Below are positions 1 through 12,632 of a stretch of 64,000 bases of DNA, in pieces. This DNA is from Macrostomum lignano (taxonomy: Eukaryota): NCBI GenBank assembly GCA_002269645.1, contig NIVC01002374.1:1-64000 (forward strand), written 5' to 3'. The notes below the pieces were generated by a model. It searched no databases and was not told the DNA's origin. It saw only the letters and a list, made by a program, of their open reading frames with translations. The position numbers and the translations under genes are program-made. Position 1 is the first letter of the stretch. Each line of letters opens with the position of its first letter.

Positions 1-690
1 ATCTGCCATAGCACCAGTCTATGAGTCACTGAATCTGCCATAGCACCAGTCTATGAGTCACTGAATCTGCCATAGCACCAGTCTATGAGTCACTAAATCT
101 GCCATAGCACCAGTCTATGAGTCACTGAATCTGCCAAACACCAGTCTATGAGTCACTGAATCTGCCATAGCACCAGTCTATGAGTCACTGAATCTGCCAA
201 ACCACCAGTCTATGAGTCACTGAATCTGTAAAATCACCAGTCTATGAGTCACTGAATCTGCCATAGCACCAGTCTGAGTCACTGAATCTGCCAAACCACC
301 AGTCTGAGTCACTGAATCTGCCAAACCACCAGTCTATGAGTCACTGAATCTGCCAAACCACCAGTCTATGAGTCACTGAATCTGTCAAACCACCAGTCTG
401 AGTCACTGAATCTGCCAAACCACCAGTCTATGAGTCACTGAATCTGTCAAACCACCAGTCTGAGTCACTGAATCTGCCAAACCACCAGTCTATGAGTCAC
501 TGAATCTGTCAAATCACCAGTCTATGATTCAAACCACCGGTATATGAGTCAAACCACCAGTGTATGAGTCACTAAATCTGCCAAACCACCAGTGTATGAG
601 TCACTAAATCTGCCAAACCACCAGTGTATGAGTCACTGAATCTGCCAAACCAGTGTATGAGTCACTGAATCTGCCAAGCCAGTCTATGGT
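1..690. repeat. ~32-bp minisatellite (ATCTGCCATAGCACCAGTCTATGAGTCACTGA), runs off the window edge
   Basis: Direct tandem units with variants; most units carry TGAGTCA. Confidence 0.95.
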
Positions 691-1244
691 GACAGTAGAA
701 ATAACGAAAAACAGACACACTAACAGGATGTTTTCAAAACACGGAAACATGAAAAAAAACGCAAACAAAAATCAAAAAAATTGTGAAAAATGATTTATTC
801 CAACTAAATTAAATAATCACGCTTTGTAAGACGCACTCCAATAGTACAGCAGCAAATCACATAAATCGGCACTAATCTTCGCAACTGGAGGTAACAACAA
901 AAGTCTACCTATCTGTTTGATCGCGGAGAAATCAGGGAAAATATAAATTCAATAAAGAAATTTAAACAGGAAAAAACTGAAATCTTGGAATTTGATCTAA
1001 ACTTTTTTGGCCGCTGTGATTCAATTGGCAAACGAAACTTGAGACAAGTGGGCTACAAGTGATGAATGAGCTTGAAAATTTAAATGGAAAAGTTCAATTC
1101 TATACACTTTATTAACAAATTATAACAGTTTACTAAAAGACATTTTTTAAATGCCTGAAAGCACACTTTTCAAACTACAATTCAATATCAATGTTTTTAA
1201 AAATTCAACTCCTGACATCTTCGATTTAAACCGTAAGACCACTC

Positions 1245-2400
1245 AATGAGAAGTCCAATCTCACCCTATCTAACCCCATCTCACTGAGAAGTCCAATCTC
1301 ACCCCATCTCACTGAGAAGTCCAATCTTACCCTATCTCACCCCATCTCACTGAGAAGTCCAATCTTACCCTATTTCACCCCATCTCACTGAGAAGTCCAA
1401 TCTCACCCCATCTCACTGAGAAGTCCAATCTCACCCTATCTCACCCCATCTCACTGAGAAGTTCAATCTCACCCCATCTCACTGAGGAGAAGTCCAATCT
1501 CACCCTAACTCACTGAGGAGAAGTCCAATCTCACCCTAACTCACTGAGGAGAAGTCCAATCTCATCTCCTCTAACCAATGAGAAGTCTAATTTCAATCAA
1601 TCTAACTAAGAAGTCCAATCTCACATCATTTAACGAAGAAGTCTAATCTCACCCTATCTAACTGATGAGAAGTCTAATCTCACCCAGTCACCCTATCTCA
1701 TTGAGGAGAAGTTCAATCTCATCATATCTAACAAAGAAGAAGTCTAATTTAAACTTATCGAACCAAAAAGTTCAATCTCCTCCCACATAACCACGAAGAA
1801 GTCCAATCTCACCCCATCTCATTGAGGAGAAGTCCAATCTCACACCATCTTACTGAGGAGAAGTCCAATCTCAGCCCATCTCACTGAGGAGAGGTCCAAT
1901 CTCACCCCATCTCACTGAGAAATCCAATCTCACCCATCTCACTGAGAAGTCCAATCTCACCCCCATCTCATTGAAGAGAAGTCCAATCTCACCCGATTTT
2001 ATTGAGGAGAAGTCCAATCTCACCAAAACTCACTGAGAAGTCCAATCTCACCCCATCTCACTGAGAAGTCCAATCTCACCCATCTCACTGAGAAGTCCAA
2101 TCTCACCCCATCTCACTGAGAAGTCCAATCTCACCCCATCTCACTGAGAAGTCCAATCTCACCCCATCTCACTGAGAAGTCCAATCTCACCCCATCTCAC
2201 TGAGAAGTCCAATCTCACCCCATCTCACTGAGAAGTCCAATCTCACCCCATCTCACTAAGAAGAAGTTTAATCTCACCCTATCTCACTGAGATTTTCAAT
2301 CTCACCCCATCTCATATAAAATCTCTGAATCTTATTGAAGAGAAGCCCAATCTCACCCCAGCTCACTGAGCAGTCCAATCTCATCGCATCCAATCTCGTC
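1245..2400. repeat. ~28-bp minisatellite (GAGAAGTCCAATCTCACCCCATCTCACT)
   Basis: Tandem units; the degenerate units at the right-hand (high-coordinate) end overlap the stop codon of the minus-strand gene. Confidence 0.95.
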
Positions 2401-3658
2401 CCCATTAGCGTCAGGCTGCAGCATCGCAAGCCGCAGGCGCAGCTCGGCCACCTCGGACCGCAGGCCGGCCACCAGACCCGGACTCGACCCGCACGCCTCG
2501 CAGACGTCACCACAAACCTTGGCGGCATCAACATCCTTCTCATTCTCATCAGCCGCCGCCTCATCGAGCAGCTGGCGTCGCAGGCGCAGCAGCAGCAGCC
2601 TGACTCCGGCCACCTCCTGGCAGAGCCCGCGAACGTCCGGCAGCGTGAGCGGCGACGTCGCCGCCGGATCCGCCGTTGCCATGGCGACGTGGGAAGGAGA
2701 CGTCGAAGCGGAGGAGTGCCGTCGGAGCTCCCAGAGACGCGGAGGCGGCGGCGGCGGCTCCTCATCATCGTTGCTGTCGATTTGACTGGGAGTAAAATTG
2801 GAAGAATGGGGATTTAACTGAGCTGAAGAGAAACATGACGGCTAAAGGATAAATATTGAGGGCTGACAATGCCCCTAACACTATACATTAAACGGTAGTG
2901 ACGACAATTAGAAATGACGCAATGGGATGAGTGCCAGAATAATATTAATGGATGGGAAAATGGGGATGGGGATGGGAAAAATGGAAGATAGGGATGGGGA
3001 AATTGAATATAGGGATGGGGAAATGAGATGGGGATGGGAAAATTGAAGATAGGGATGGGGAAATGAATATAGGGATGGGGAAATTGAATATAGGGATGGG
3101 GAAATGGGAGATGGGGATGTGGAAATGGAAGATAGGGATGGGGAAATGGGAGATGGGGATGGGAAATGGAATGTGGGGATGAGGAAATGGAAGATGGAGA
3201 TGGGAAAAAACAAGTGGGGATGGGGAAACAGAGGAAAATGATGTTTGGAAGACAAGCATGTAAAACATCTCTAAGAAAATATAATACCATAGTCAGAGTG
3301 AAAGGCATGCACTGAGCGTGCTGGATATTGTTGCAGAGTTTTACATCTGTTTGTGCAAGTGTCTTCTAATAAGAATTCAAAAAATAAATATTATTGCATT
3401 GCAGATTGAAAAGATAGCAAAAACGAAGATAAAAAGCCAGTCCCTGTGTTTTAGGCAAGTGACAACATGCCAAACAGCAACCATTTGTTACCTGCTTTTA
3501 ATGTCTGTTCCATCTGCGACAGACCCTGTTGTTAAATAATTAATCAAAATATTATAATAAATTCATCCAGAACTATTTGTTCAATGGATCAGTGAACTCG
3601 GTAAATTTTCTGCCACTTGGAATATTGACACAGGCAGATAAACACACCATCGCGCACA

Positions 3659-3691
<33 letters not shown>

Positions 3692-4062
3692 TCAGACAGA
3701 CAGACAGTCAGTCAGACAGACAGTCAGTCAGACAGTCAGACAGACAGACAGACAGACAGACAGTCAGACAGACAGACAGACAGAAAGAAGGCAATAAGAC
3801 AAACAGACAGACAGACAGACAGGCAGACAGACAGATAGACAGACAGGCAGACAGACAGAGAGACAGGCAGGCAGACAGACAGACAGGCAGGCAGACAGAC
3901 AGACAGGCAATAAGACAAACAAACAGACAGACAGTCAGACAGACAGACAGACAGAAAGAAGGCAATAAGACAAACAGACAGACAGACAGGCAGACAGACA
4001 GATAGACAGAAAGGCAGACAGACAGACAGATAGACAGACAGACAGACAGAAAGAAGGCAATA

Positions 4063-4096
<34 letters not shown>

Positions 4097-7000
4097 ATAG
4101 ACAGAAAGGCAGACAGACAGACAGATAGACAGACAGGCAGACAGACAGATAGACAGGCAGGCAGACAGACAGACAGACAGGCAGACAGATAGACAGGCAG
4201 GCAGACAGATAGACAGACAGGCAGACAGATAGACAGGCAGGCAGACAGACAGACAGGCAATAAGACAAACAAACAGACTTTTTATCGCGAACTATTCGTC
4301 TGAGCTCTATTCAAGATACAAATTGCAAGAGGCAATCTGGTCCGCGCAATTTTGCATAGAAATTAACAACTGTAAAGATCTGGATAAGAACAATCAATGA
4401 TGAAATGATTTTGCAATTTAGTCGAATCCGATTACGAGAATTGAAGCCATCAATCGGAGGCGTCGCATGCAAGTCGACTGGCAAGGTTTTTCAGCATTGA
4501 TTTTTTACAGGTCTTAAAGTTAACATTTCGTCTCTAGGTAAAAGTTCAGTTGATGGTTCAGCAGACACTTAAAGACATTTCATTCGTTTAACATTTGTAG
4601 AAAATATAAAAAGAATCCATCGCACAATAACTGTGCGAGATGTAGGGGTTGTAGCCCAGTGGTCAGAGCGTTGGAATCACGACTTGAAGGTCGGTGGTTC
4701 GATTCCCAATCCCACTCGGAACAATTTGTGTCCTTGATCAAGACACTTAACTCTGCATTGCTTCAGTTCACCCAGCCTCAAAATGGATGCCAGCATTAGC
4801 TGGTGTAACTGAGGCTGTGTGTGGCGACCCCCCCCCCAGTCCTTGGACTGAACAGCCGTACGCAGCCTTCAGATGCGCTTCGCAATAGCTGCGGCTGAGC
4901 TGTCGGTTGCACATCTGCCTATTAGAACAGGTGCAATCAATTATTATTAATTAGTATTATCGAACAGAAAAGTTAGTCCAAAGTTGCAGACATTGGGAAA
5001 ATTTGAATGACCAAAACTCCATACAACTTTTGCTCATAATTTAATGACCGTGTGGACCTGCGTTGAAGCCCCTGATATAGCTACAATCTTCCCGAAGTAT
5101 TTGATAGTCTGTTAGAGGACTCACAAACGACTCAATTAGGATCTGATATAATGAAATAAAACGAGGCATCTGATAGGCCCAGGATAGCCTTGAAGCGATT
5201 CACTGAAGGCTTCAGTTAAATTAGGTGATTATCAAATTCAAAAGAAATAGGAACTCGAGGCATTGCAATCTTGAAGTTCAATCCAAAATGAACGCACGTC
5301 TCAGTCCAGTATCGCCCCATTTTTGCACGTCTGTCATCTCAAAGAGTCGGTTTTTTATTTTTATTTTTTTTTAAGACAGCTGCTCACACAGAACAGACAG
5401 TGCTAGGTACATACTAGGTCGAATGCACTGTACCCCCGATGAAAACGTTAACTAGACCAACAAGAGTCGTTGCAGGTAACACACGTGTCGTCAAAAAGTC
5501 GTCAAAGAGTCGCCTAAGAGTCAATTTGAGACGTTTTCGGAGCTTGCGGCTCTGCGGGGAGACACAAATGACTCGGGGGCGCTTCTAAAATGACTCTGGA
5601 GCCGCAGAGTCGTATCTGAGACGTGCTAGAGTCGCTGTAGAATCACCGAGTTACGTCTAAAGCGCACCTGCGTCACTTTTATGAATTAGAATCTCATCTC
5701 GCTTTTTTATATCAGGTCATTTAGTCTACTTAAGTCAGTGGAAAGTCAAGCGCTAACACAACGGCTCTTGGACGACTTTTTCACGACTCTCCGTCAGATT
5801 ACAGTTTGTTTTGAGTCGTTAGAAAGTCGCAAGAGTCACCCCAGAGTTGATAGTCACTAGAGAGTAACTTTTTCTACGGGTACAATGCAAGATCGAAAAT
5901 TGCTTCTAACATGCAACGTAAAAAAACGGACATCCAAACCTAAAGCCGATACAATTTAGATAGGTGGTGCCGTAAACACGCAAATTTTTTACTGCGAAAT
6001 CTCGGGATACGTCTCATTTTGACGAATCACATTTCTTGGTCTCGGCTGAAGTAGAAGGGCACCTACGTCTCACTGTTGAACTGGAGTTTCAGCATTGACG
6101 ATTTCCACACGTACTATCGCTAATTTCTCATATCCCTTTTATTTTACTCCTAAATATTAATATTAATAGCAATAATTGATTACACCTGCCCCAATTGGGC
6201 CAGATGTGCAACCGACAGCTCAGCCGCAGCTATTGCGCGGCGCATCTGAAGGCTGCGTACGGCTGTTCAGTCCTAGGACTGGGGGTCGCCACACACACCC
6301 TCAATTACCCAGCTAATGCTGCCACCCATTTTACAGCTGGGTGAACAGAAGCAATGCAGGGTTAAGTAAGTGTTTTGTTTAAGGACATAAATTGTTCCGA
6401 GTATGGTTGGGAATCGAACCATCGACCATTAAGTCGTGAGTCCAACGCTCTAACCACGAGGCTACAACTGCTAGTGGGGGATTTGTATCCTATTTGTAGC
6501 TTTAAGTCTCATTTAAACTCACTCATTAATTCTCAAACACACTCACACTCACCTATCAAAAGTGACGGACTCAAATAATTTAATAGATCCGTGATCATCG
6601 TAAGAAGAGGCGCCAATATCGCTGTAGGTGTGCTCAGCCGATGGCGCAACGGGCACCGAGTTATTGGCACTGTTGTCATCGCCACAGTCCCCAGCCTGGA
6701 GAGCGTCCTCATCAGAGTTCAGATCGGCGACTCCGTTCTCACTTAAAAATGTATCGAAATGAGGCACCTGGCTAAGCGCCCTGGCGTCTGAATTGGCAGC
6801 GGGCACACCTACGGCGGCAGTCGGATCCAATGGAGCCTGGTCATCTTCGCCGCGATCGGAAGTGACACTAAAAAAGCGTTCAAAAATCAGATAAATCAGA
6901 GTAGGATTAGCAGACCAAAAAACTACCAGAGTCGCCCCAGAGTCGTTACAGGTAACACAGGTAACACAGGGAAGAAGGCGACTCTAGAGACGACTCTAAA

Positions 7001-8811
7001 ACGACGAGATGTCACGGTACTACAAGTCGCCTAAGAGCCAATTTGAGGCGTTTTCGAAGTCTGAGACTCTGAAAAAACACTGGGGCCGCAGATCTGAGGC
7101 GTGCTAGAGTCGCTGTAGAATCGTCTAAAGCGCATTTGTGTCACTTTATGAATTAGAATCGCAATCAGCCTTTCTATATATTTTTAACTCTATTTAGTCT
7201 ACTTAAGTTAGTAGAGAGTTGAGCTATTTTTCGCGATTGCTACGATTGTACAATACACGACGTGATGCGCTCTCGAGTCGAGAGAGTCACAAGAGAGTTG
7301 CTTGTAATGACTCATTAGCAACTCTTGTCTCAGTTTCAAGTTTTAAAGCTTTACCAAAGACTTACGCGCTGGTCAAAGTTGCCGCCGCTGCTGCTGACTC
7401 CTCCTGCTCAAAGCATCCGCCGCCGCTAATAAGAGCGGCTGCTGCAGACTCTGCCGCGCCCTCTTCCGCAGACACTGTTATTGGCCGGGCCGCGCGCAGG
7501 TAGTGGTCGTCTGGGCAACTGCTGGCCTAGGGATGTGGCAATATGAAGGTGATCAGGCTAGCTGCAGGTGCGATCAGAATCCCATTAAACACTTGGGGAT
7601 CAGAGTCCCAATAAACACATGGTGATCAGAATCCCATTAAACACATGGTGATCAGAGTCCCAATAAACACATGGTGATCAGAGTCCCAATAAGCACATGG
7701 TGATCAGAGTCCCAATAAGCACATGGTGATCAGAGTCCCAATAAGCACATGGTAATCAGAGTCCCAATAAACACATGGTGATCAGAGTCCCAATAAACAC
7801 ATGGTGATCAGAGTCCCAATAAGCACATGGTGATCAGAGTCCCAATAAACACATGGTGATCAGAGTCCCATTAAGCACATGGTGATCAGAGTCCCAATAA
7901 GCACATGGTGATCAGAGTCCCAATAAGCACATGGTAATCAGAGTCCCAATAAACACATGGTGATCAGAGTCCCAATAAACACACAAGGATAAAAATCCTA
8001 TTAAAGACATGGGGAACAGAATCCCATAAGCACATGGGGATCAGACTCTCATCAAACAAACGGGGAACAAAATCCCATTTAAACATGGGGATCAAAATCT
8101 CATTATACACAATGGGAAACAGAATCCCATTAAGCACATGGGAAACAGAATCCCATTAAGCACACGGGGAACAGAATCCCATTAAGCACATGGGAAACAG
8201 AATCCCATTAAGCACATGGGAAACAGAATCCCATTAAGCACATGGGAAACAGAATCCCATTAAGCACACGGAGAACAGAACCCCATTAAGCACATGGGGA
8301 TCAGAATCCCATTAAGCACATGGGGATCAGAATCCCATTAAGCACATAGGGATCAGAATCCCATTAAGCACACGGGGAACAGAATCCCATTAAGCACACG
8401 GGGAACAGAATCCCATTAAGCACATAGGGAACAGAATCCCATTAAGCACATGGGGATCAGAATCCCATTAAGCACACAGGGAACAGAATCTCATTAAGCA
8501 CATTGGGATCAGAATCCCATTAAGCACAATGGGGAACAGAATCCCATCAAGCACACGGGGATCAGAGTCCCAGCATCAGATACCTGCGATCCCATAGACG
8601 GCGAGCGGCCAACGCCGCCTTTGCGCCGCTTTCGCCGAGACGACGATCGCCGACTGCCAACGTCGGGCCAGGCGAGGCCAAAAAATTTCGACGTCGACGA
8701 ATTTCCCGAATTGGCCGACGTTGGCGGCGGCGACTTCGGCGATTTTCGGTCGGCGCTGTCGGAGCGATGCGGACTTTTGCGAGAAATGCAGGCGGTCACT
8801 AAGCGGTGCAT
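2353..8811 (-). CDS. Hypothetical ~378-aa low-complexity protein with C-terminal coiled-coil segments (weakly CCSER/FAM190-like)
   Basis: Exons 8811-8584, 7526-7366, 6867-6553, 2785-2353; GT-AG junctions with phases 0/2/2 join into one open frame (MHRLVTACISRK...GLCQEVAGVRLLLLRLRRQLLDE...LRSEVAELRLRLAMLQ). The ATG choice and the family resemblance are inference. Confidence 0.65.
2950..3230. repeat. Purine-rich GGGATGGGGAAAT-type tandem repeat
   Basis: Tandem G-run units seen directly. Confidence 0.85.
3660..4278. repeat. (AGAC)n compound microsatellite
   Basis: AGAC/AGGC/AGAT tetramers with a recurring AGAAAGAAGGCAATAAGACAAAC block. Confidence 0.95.
4645..4955 (+). mobile_element. tRNA-derived CORE-like SINE, family 1, full-length copy
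   Basis: A box TAGCCCAGTGG, B box GGTTCGATTCC, then TGTGTCCTTGATCAAGACACTTAACTCTG...CAGTT...AAAATGG resembling the CORE consensus; (ATT)n tail; three more copies in the window. Confidence 0.85.
5433..5880. mobile_element. MITE-like element flanked by TA, rich in GAGTC/GACTC motifs
   Basis: Imperfect TIRs CCCCCGATGAAAACGTTAACT / AGTAACTTTTTCTACGGG, with TA on both sides; a diverged copy of the interior lies at ~6925-7215. Confidence 0.5.
6165..6468 (-). mobile_element. SINE family 1, full-length inverted copy
   Basis: Reverse complement aligns with 4645-4955 over head, CORE-like body and tail. Confidence 0.85.
7585..8565. repeat. 26-bp minisatellite (CAGAGTCCCAATAAACACATGGTGAT grading to CAGAATCCCATTAAGCACATGGGGAT)
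   Basis: Fills the intron 7527-8583 almost end to end; the unit variant changes along the array. Confidence 0.95.
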
Positions 8812-8899
8812 TGCTGCAATGATTGCATGCAGAGGTTTGTGCAATTTGTGTGAACTGCCTGACACTAGCAAAGTAGGAGCGACTCAGCGGTGAATGCGC

Positions 8900-9050
8900 C
8901 TGTCTCTCTCGTCACAGACGTGTGCATGATTGCGTCTGCGTACAGTACTGGCGCGCTTGTGTGTCTGCTTAGGAGTCAGCGGAATGGGCAGAACTGCCTC
9001 AGTGAGTCAGTGCTGGTTGCTAAGGACATTGCACCAGGTTGACACAAACT
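8900..9050 (+). mobile_element. SINE family 2, diverged 3' fragment
   Basis: GCGCGCTTGTGTGTCTGCTTAGGAGTCAGCGGAATGGGCAG matches the body of 55495-55857. Confidence 0.5.
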
Positions 9051-9149
9051 TCCTGCGAAGATTAAACTCAATTCAAAGTCATAATCACAAATTCTAGATT
9101 TCCCGTTGGCTAGGGTGCCACGCAGAATGACAGACAATTCTACCTTTTT

Positions 9150-9457
9150 TCAGCTTTCTTTTCTTATCTCATATATCATATCGTCTTTCATCTCTCTCAT
9201 CTCTGCTCTCGTATCTCGTCTCTCCTCTCTACTATTTTCTCTCCTCTCTCCTATATCCATTCTTCCCTCCTCTCTCTTCTTCTCTTTCCTCTCTCATCTT
9301 TACTCTCATCTCGTCTCTATTCTTTCTACTCTCATATCTCTTAGCTCCTTTGTCTCTGCTTTCTTATTTTTCCTTTTTTCTCAATCTCTTTTCTCAATCC
9401 TCTCTCCTCTCTATTCTCCCCCTCCTCTCACTCCTATCTCTCCTCAGTTCACTATTT

Positions 9458-9523
<66 letters not shown>

Positions 9524-9875
9524 CCAGCCCTCTCCCCTCTCTCTCTTCTCTTCTCTAATCTCTTATCTACCGTCTCTCCTCTCTCCTTGTTTATCTATTA
9601 TCGTTTCTCTCACTCTCATCTCTCCTCTCTTCTCTCCCATCTTCCCTTTCCTCTCGCTTCTCTCTCCCCTCTCTTTTCGCTTCTCTCTCATGTCTCTTCT
9701 CGTTTCTCTCTCCCCTCTCTTCTCGCTTCTCTCTCACCTCTTTTCTTGCTTCTCTCTCACCTCTCTTCTCGCTTCTCTCCCACCTCTCTTCTCTCTTCTC
9801 GCTTCTGTCACATTTTCGCATTTCTCACCCCCCTCTCCCTCTCTCTCTCTTTCTCTCTCTATTTCTCTCCTCACC
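9150..9875. repeat. CT-rich low-complexity tract with (CT)n core
   Basis: Direct observation. Confidence 0.9.
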
Positions 9876-12070
9876 CCTATATTCAACATTCAACAGAAAT
9901 ATTTATAATAATTGTAGATATACTCAATTTCCATAGTCTAGAAAGGGGCCTTTGCTACAAAGCTCCCCACATATTTTGCTCTTACTGAGATCTACATCTA
10001 TTGAGATATTGTTTACAAAGTAAAAAAACTTTTTGCTTAACTAAAAGACAATGTTTGGGAAGTAGGTTAATCCTTTATACTAAAATACTAACTAATAATT
10101 TATTATTGATCTTAGTTAGAATTTGAAATTAGAATTAGATATCTAATAATATAATCTGAAAATAGGCCAGTAAGGCTTAATTTAATATTTTGAAAATAAA
10201 ACACACTTAATTTTAACAATGCTCTAAATTGTTCTTAATTTAATTAAGCTGATTGACTTTTTTAGTCTTAAGTATCTGACTGTCTCTTATTCGTCAATTT
10301 GATTAATGAAATACATTAGCAAATAACAAAGGCAATAATATACAAGGCATAAGTAAATGAGCAGTGAAGTCCTTCTATTAATTGCAATGATGACTAATTT
10401 TGATCGAAATTATGAATGAAAAAATTATTTTAGTATTTATTTCTTATTGCTCTATTTTTTTATCCAAGTCAAAAAATGGATATTACTTTGCACAATGCTT
10501 TGTAAAGCTAGGTAGGCCTATTGCAATATTTTAATTAGATGTCAGACAGAAGTCAGATGAGACATTTCAAAATTCTAACTAAATAATTTAATTAGGTTTG
10601 AAAAAAAGATGTTTTAGTCTTCCTCTTAGACATTTTATCATCAGATCATTTTTTTAGACATCACTTCCTCTTTTCCTGGGACACAAAAAACCAAATGAGG
10701 TACCGACAGCCAGGGACCTACCTAAAAGCACAGCCACTGGCACTGTAAATCAATGTTCTTCCTAAAGCTAAACTAAGCTAGGACTGCATTCAGCTTGCAT
10801 CCTGTGCATTGTTTAAAATTAAAACGAATGAATACTGATTCCTGGATAGTTTAGGTTTAAAAAATTTACTTTTGCGTATTTTTACTATTTTAACCTGCAA
10901 ATATACAAAAAAACATTATTGCTAAAAATAAATAGAAACTACTAAATGTATTAAAGTGTTACAAAAATACACTTTGATTTTGTTTTAAGAGATATTTTCT
11001 TAAGAACTTTAAATTGATAACACACACTGTCACAATGTCGAGTCGACGATCCAGCCAAATTATATTTATTAAATTCCTCCTCACTTTTTAGAATGGAAAA
11101 AAATAAAAAGAAACGAAAGCCTTTCGGAGTTTTTCTACTCTGAATAATTTAGAGCTAAAAAAGCAAGATTATATTACTTTTTTAATTTCAACCCTGCTTT
11201 TTCACCACATTTGAATGAGATTTTTTATTTACATATTACAAAAAAGACTTAGGCCTAAGCCTAATGACTTATCGACTTTCTGGATTTTGTTTAAATTACC
11301 ATCTTATATGTAAATAATTAATAGGCCAATAAAGTTTAAGTTTAAGTTGCAAAAAATAATAACTGCTTTGGACTTGGTATTGCTTATTGCTACAAATTGC
11401 AGCTTGCTAGAATGCTAGCTAATATATGCCACAACCACATGCTGATCAATGCTTAAATATAAGCAAAAGAGAAGCAAATCATTTTCTATGAAATAAATTA
11501 GGATAAAGCACTAAGAAAATAGGCTAATTAGAAGTAGGGGCCTTAGTAAGTAGGCCTAGGATAGGCTTAAGATTATTAGATAGGCCTTATTAGGCCTAGG
11601 CCTAATAGGCCTAAGCCCTATTCAATTAGTATAAAAGTTGTAATAGTGTTTAATGTCTATTCTATCCTAAAAGCTAATACCAAGTTGTTACAAGGGCCTA
11701 GGACCTAGGGGTTATTTTTGTTATTTCAAATTATTAGGCCTAATACTTTTTGAACTAATCTTTGCAGTCTATTATTATTATGTATATGATAGGTCTTTTG
11801 CAATGTAGTACTTTTAATATACTTTTAATATTATATTAGCCCCCTATATATTAATGGCATATTATATAAAATTTATTGCATAATATGTATTATTTATATT
11901 AGCCTAAGTGGTTTTGTAGGGCCTAGTGTAATATTTTATTGTATCTTATGATTTTTTTAATAAAGATTTCTTTTAGTCTAGGCAATAGACATTAATGAAA
12001 TTAGATCGTCATGGTTTACACTTAGATTGATTTTGCTCTCTAAAGCAGGTTCTTGAATTCTTATTCTAGT

Positions 12071-12387
12071 CTGGGTTTTTTCTAAGGTTGGAAATCCAAT
12101 TGCCAGCTAGCCCTTGGGGCTCAAAATCCAGTTGCCAATGTCTATTTTTGGTTGCCCATTGAGATTTAATTTGTTCTCTTAACTCTAAGATTGCTATCTA
12201 TGTTGCAAATAATAACAAGCTATCAATTCTATCATATGATCATATTAATTCATATGGCACTTTTATTATATTACAAAATCATTTTTTTAAATTGGCAACT
12301 GGCATAGGGAAAATAAAGTTGCCAGATTGGCCTCTGATGCCAAAAATCCAGTTGCCAATGAGATTTTCAAGGGGCCAAAAAACCCAG
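12071..12387. mobile_element. 317-bp hAT-type MITE
   Basis: TIRs CTGGGTTTTTT / AAAAAACCCAG; perfect 8-bp direct repeat ATTCTAGT at 12063-12070 and 12388-12395; internal GTTGCCA repeats in both orientations. Confidence 0.75.
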
Positions 12388-12632
12388 ATTCTAGTTGTTC
12401 ATATCCTTTTATATATGTTTTGCCTTTAAGCTAGTTTCTTAGATTCTAAATCTTAGGGGTCTTATTCTAAATGGTTTGTTCTTCTAATCTTTAGAGTTTT
12501 TTTTCAATATTACTAAATTATTAAAGCAAAAATATTGCTTAATCCTTTTAATTTAGAAGTTTAAAAGAAAAGAACAAGTTATAAAAACAAGTTTAAAATT
12601 ATTTTATTTTTGCTGCTACTCACCCTAGTTAT

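Noticed and set aside
3577-4272. Long ORFs (QTDR/SVCL repeats) here and at 26820-27263, 45534-45773 and 56662-57725
   Set aside because: Translations of (AGAC)n or (TCTA)n microsatellites; they lie in introns and have no unique coding content.
4645-4720. tRNA genes (also ~6395-6468, 16690-16765, 55495-55560)
   Set aside because: A/B boxes are present, but the acceptor and anticodon stems do not pair properly and each continues into a SINE body.
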